The notes under the pieces: model-generated
Seen by the model: the letters and a program-made list of their open reading frames with translations, nothing else
The model's database searches: none
What the model was told of the DNA's origin: nothing
Made by a program: the position numbers and the translations under genes
Shown here: positions 60,401 through 64,000 of the stretch, piece after piece
How positions within the stretch are numbered: the stretch's first letter is position 1
How the letters are laid out: every line of letters starts with the position of its first letter
Source: Nemertoderma westbladi
Lineage: Eukaryota; Animalia; Xenacoelomorpha
Direction: 5' to 3'
DNA length: 64,000 nt
Assembly: GCA_032718475.1 (NCBI GenBank)
Contig: JAUCBJ010006691.1
Location: 62,001-126,000, forward strand

Positions 60401-61970
60401 TGTTTAGGAGTTGGATTTAGATAATGTTTAGGAGTAGGATTTAGATAATGTTTAGGAGTAGGATTTAGATAATGTTTAGGAGTAGGATTTAGATAATGTT
60501 TAGGAGTAGGATTTAGATAATGTTTAGGAGTAGGATTTAGATAATGTTTAGGAGTAGGATTTAGATAATGTTTAGGAGTAGGATTTAGATAATGTTTAGG
60601 AGTAGGATTTAGATAATGTTTAGGAGTAGGATTTAGATAATGTTTAGGAGTAGGATTTAGATAATGTTTAGGAGTAGGATTTAGATAATGTTTAGGAGTA
60701 GGATTTAGATAATGTTTAGGAGTAGGATTTAGATAATGTTTAGGAGTAGGATTTAGATAATGTTTAGGAGTAGGATTTAGATAATGTTTAGGAGTAGGAT
60801 TTAGATAATGTTTAGGAGTAGGATTTAGATAATGTTTAGGAGTAGGATTTAGATAATGTTTAGGAGTAGGATTTAGATAATGTTTAGGAGTAGGATTTAG
60901 ATAATGTTTAGGAGTAGGATTTAGGTAATGTTTAGGAGTAGGATTGAGATAATGTTTAGGAGTAGGATTTAGATAATGTTTAGGAGTAGGATTTAGATAA
61001 TGTTTAGGAGTAGGATTTAGATAATGTTTAGGAGTAGGATTTAGATAATGTTTAGGAGTAGGATTTAGATAATGTTTAGGAGTAGGATTTAGATAATGTT
61101 TAGGAGTAGGATTTAGATAATGTTTAGGAGTAGGATTTAGATAATGGTTTAGTCTCGAGTAGGATTTAGATAATGTTTAGGAGTAGGATTTAGATAATGT
61201 TTAGGAGTAGGATTTAGATAATGTTTAGGAGTAGGATTTAGATAATGTTTAGGAGTAGGATTTAGATAATGTTTAGGAGTAGGATTTAGATAATGTTTAG
61301 GAGTTGGATTTAGATAATGTTTAGGAGTAGGATTTAGATAATGTTTAGGAGTAGGATTTAGATAATGGTTTAGTCTCGAGTAGGATTTAGATAATGTTTA
61401 GGAGTAGGATTTAGATAATGTTTAGGAGTAGGATTTAGATAATGTTTAGGAGTAGGATTTAGATAATGTTTAGGAGAAGGATTTAGATAATGTTTAGGAG
61501 AAGGATTTAGATAATGTTTAGGAGTAGGATTTAGAGAATGTTTAGGAGTAGGATTTAGATAATGTTTAGGAGTAGGATTTAGATAATGTTTAGGAGTAGG
61601 ATTTAGATATTGTTTAGGAGTAGGATTTAGATAATGTTTAGGAGTAGGATTTAGATAATGTTTAGGAGTAGGATTTAGATAATGTTTAGGAGTAGGATTT
61701 AGATAATGTTTAGGAGTAGGATTTAGATAATGTTTAGGAGTAGGATTTAGATAATGTTTAGGAGTAGGATTTAGATAATGTTTAGGAGTAGGATTTAGAT
61801 AATGTTTAGGAGTAGGATTTAGGTAATGTTTAGGAGTAGGATTTAGATAATGTTTAGGAGTAGGATTTAGATAATGTTTAGGAGTAGGATTTAGATGAGT
61901 AGGATTTAGATAATGTTTAGGAGTAGGATTTAGATAATGTTTAGGAGTAGGATTTAGATAATGGTTTAGG
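57448..61970. repeat. 24-bp satellite, about 188 copies, consensus free of C on the + strand
   Basis: Unit AATGTTTAGGAGTAGGATTTAGAT, nearly invariant in the centre. Confidence 0.99.
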
Positions 61971-62139
61971 ATTTCATCGCAATGGGCAATACAATTAATT
62001 TTATCGCAATAAAATTGACAATATTACCCGATACCTACTTTTTCGATAAAAAAATATTATTGAATTAAAATTCTAAAAGTATGCCATAATTTCGATGGTG
62101 ATTTTATTTTTTAATTGGAATAAATCATTGGCATTTTAG

Positions 62140-63744
62140 GTTCGAGATCTTCTTGGTAAGGACCAGAACCAGCGGTTGGATGTGAAGGAACGGCCGGATG
62201 TGGGAGTCTACGTGAAGGACCTATCGGCGTACGTGGTGGACAATGCGGACGATATGGATCGCATAACCACGCTCGGGAACAAAAACCGCCATGTCGGGGC
62301 GACCAACATGAACGAGCACTCCAGTCGCTCGCACGCAATATTTACAATCGCCGTAGAGTGTCAGGAGCGGGGTCCGGACGGAGAGAGTCACATCCGAGTC
62401 GGGAAACTGCACCAGGTGGACCTGGCTGGGAGCGAGAGACAGACAAAAACTGGCTCCACCGGTCAGAGACTCAAAGAGGCTACCAAGATTAATCTATCGT
62501 TGTCGACTCTAGGTAACGTTATATCTGCGTTGGTTGACGGGAAATCGACTCACATTCCTTACCGCAACTCTAAACTAACGCGACTACTGCAGGACTCCCT
62601 GGGGGGTAACAGCAAGACATTGATGGTCGCCAACATCGGACCAGCCGAGTATAATTACGAGGAGTCCATATCGACGCTGCGTTACGCGAACAGAGCGAAG
62701 AACATAAAAAACTCGCCGAAAATAAACGAGGATCCTAAAGATGCCCTCCTACGACAGTTTCAGAAGGAGATCGACGATTTAAAGAAAAAGTTGGCGGAAG
62801 GGGGGGCTTATTCCGGATCAGAGTCGGAATCGGGGAGCGAGGATGGGGTGATGGGGGGCAGTGGGAAGAGGGGCCGGAAGGGGGGGAAGAGGAGGAGGTC
62901 CCAGGGGGTCGGTGGGGTTCTATCGCCGGGGAAGATAGCCGAGCTGAAAGCCGCGATAGAGAGGGAGAGGAAACAGTTGGAACAGCAGAAAGATATGGAG
63001 GAGGTGCAACGGAACCAGGTAGCTGCTGCCCTGGCCAAGAAGGAGAACGATCTACAGAAAGCGAAGAGAGAACAGGATGTACTGCAGGATCGGTTGCAGC
63101 AGTTAGAGAGGAAGGTTATAGTCGGGGGTGAGGATCTGTTGAAAAAAGCGGAAGAGCAGGAGAGGCTATTGGAGGAGAGCGCGAAAGAGCTGGAAGTTCG
63201 TAAAGAGAAGGAAGGACTACTGCGGAAGCAGTTGGAAGAAAAGGAAGCTGAGAGGCTGGATTTAGAGGGGAAGTATTCGTCACTGCAAGAGGAAGCTTCG
63301 GTTAAAACGAAGAAGTTGAAGAGAGTTTGGGGGATGTTGGTGGCTTCTAAAGACGAGCTTAAAGATATGAGAGTCGATCATCAGAGAGAGAAAGAGGCTT
63401 TACTCGAGAGTATAAGGGAGACAAGTAAAGACCTGAAACTCCAGTGCCTCATCGTGGACAGTTTCATTCCGGCGGATTACGAGGAGATGATTGAATCTCA
63501 ACACGTTCAATGGAGCGAAGAGGTGGGTGATTGGCAGCTCAAATGCGTCGCTTACACCGGGAACAATATGCGCAAACGTACGCCGACCCCGGACCCGGAA
63601 TGCGAACATAATGTGGTGGATCTCAGCCATATGTATCTTTGTTACAACATTCCGGAGGATGGGAGGGCCCGGACCCGGGCCGCTACCTCGAGGGGGAAGA
63701 GTAGAGGGAAGAAGAAACAACACGAATACGATGGGTTGGGTTGA
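62140..63744 (+). CDS. KIF3A: Kinesin-2 motor subunit KIF3A, 3' exon only (C-terminal half of motor, stalk, tail)
   Basis: CATTTTAG acceptor, phase 0, starting VRDLLGKDQ. Contains [53 protein letters not shown] and the KIF3A tail [15 protein letters not shown]. The P-loop-encoding 5' exon(s) were not found in the window. Confidence 0.92.
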   Translation, partial: VRDLLGKDQNQRLDVKERPDVGVYVKDLSAYVVDNADDMDRITTLGNKNRHVGATNMNEHSSRSHAIFTIAVECQERGPDGESHIRVGKLHQVDLAGSERQTKTGSTGQRLKEATKINLSLSTLGNVISALVDGKSTHIPYRNSKLTRLLQDSLGGNSKTLMVANIGPAEYNYEESISTLRYANRAKNIKNSPKINEDPKDALLRQFQKEIDDLKKKLAEGGAYSGSESESGSEDGVMGGSGKRGRKGGKRRRSQGVGGVLSPGKIAELKAAIERERKQLEQQKDMEEVQRNQVAAALAKKENDLQKAKREQDVLQDRLQQLERKVIVGGEDLLKKAEEQERLLEESAKELEVRKEKEGLLRKQLEEKEAERLDLEGKYSSLQEEASVKTKKLKRVWGMLVASKDELKDMRVDHQREKEALLESIRETSKDLKLQCLIVDSFIPADYEEMIESQHVQWSEEVGDWQLKCVAYTGNNMRKRTPTPDPECEHNVVDLSHMYLCYNIPEDGRARTRAATSRGKSRGKKKQHEYDGLG

Positions 63745-63863
63745 AGTAACTGCTTCACAGAAACGCGACGCAAAATTCATTTACACAATTAATTTGCAAG
63801 AACTAATTAACACAAAGGAATGTGTGGATAAATTGAATAACTTTTGCGCCGCGCCAGTAGCAT

Positions 63864-64000
63864 TCACTCACTCACTCACTCACTCACTCACTCACTCACT
63901 CACTCACTCACTCACTCACTCACTCACTCACTCACTCACTCACTCACTCACTCACTCACTCACTCCACTCACTCACTCACTCACTCACTCCACTCACTCC
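63864..64000. repeat. (TCAC)n microsatellite running off the window end
   Basis: More than 30 tandem TCAC units. Confidence 0.99.

Overview
This is a repeat-dense animal (invertebrate-like) genomic window with intron-poor genes; no prokaryotic features, CRISPR arrays, rRNA or tRNA genes were seen. Genes: three internal WDR37 exons (minus), a two-exon endophilin B nested antisense in a WDR37 intron, intronless TTLL12, a divergent intronless PC4/SUB1-like ORF, a complete three-exon MCM7, and a large 3' exon of KIF3A. About half the window is tandem repeats and non-autonomous transposons, often nested. A 16.3-kb CACTA/EnSpm-type element is filled by a 39-bp satellite built from its own subterminal motif and carries an RTE-type LINE (46-bp TSD) and a piggyBac-like insert. 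Also present are a Harbinger-like MITE with a Kolobok-like foldback inside, two nested Merlin-like elements, and a 9-bp-TSD element with a YqaJ-like nuclease remnant. Three observations stand out. (1) Tandem arrays are repeatedly seeded at exon edges and copy splice donors, a branch point, a pyrimidine tract or a stop codon. (2) Two satellites can be traced to progenitor sequence still present in the window. (3) WDR37 and KIF3A point away from each other and I could not find the 5' exons of either between them. All calls come from reading the sequence by eye and recalling family motifs; no database search was run, and copy numbers are approximate.
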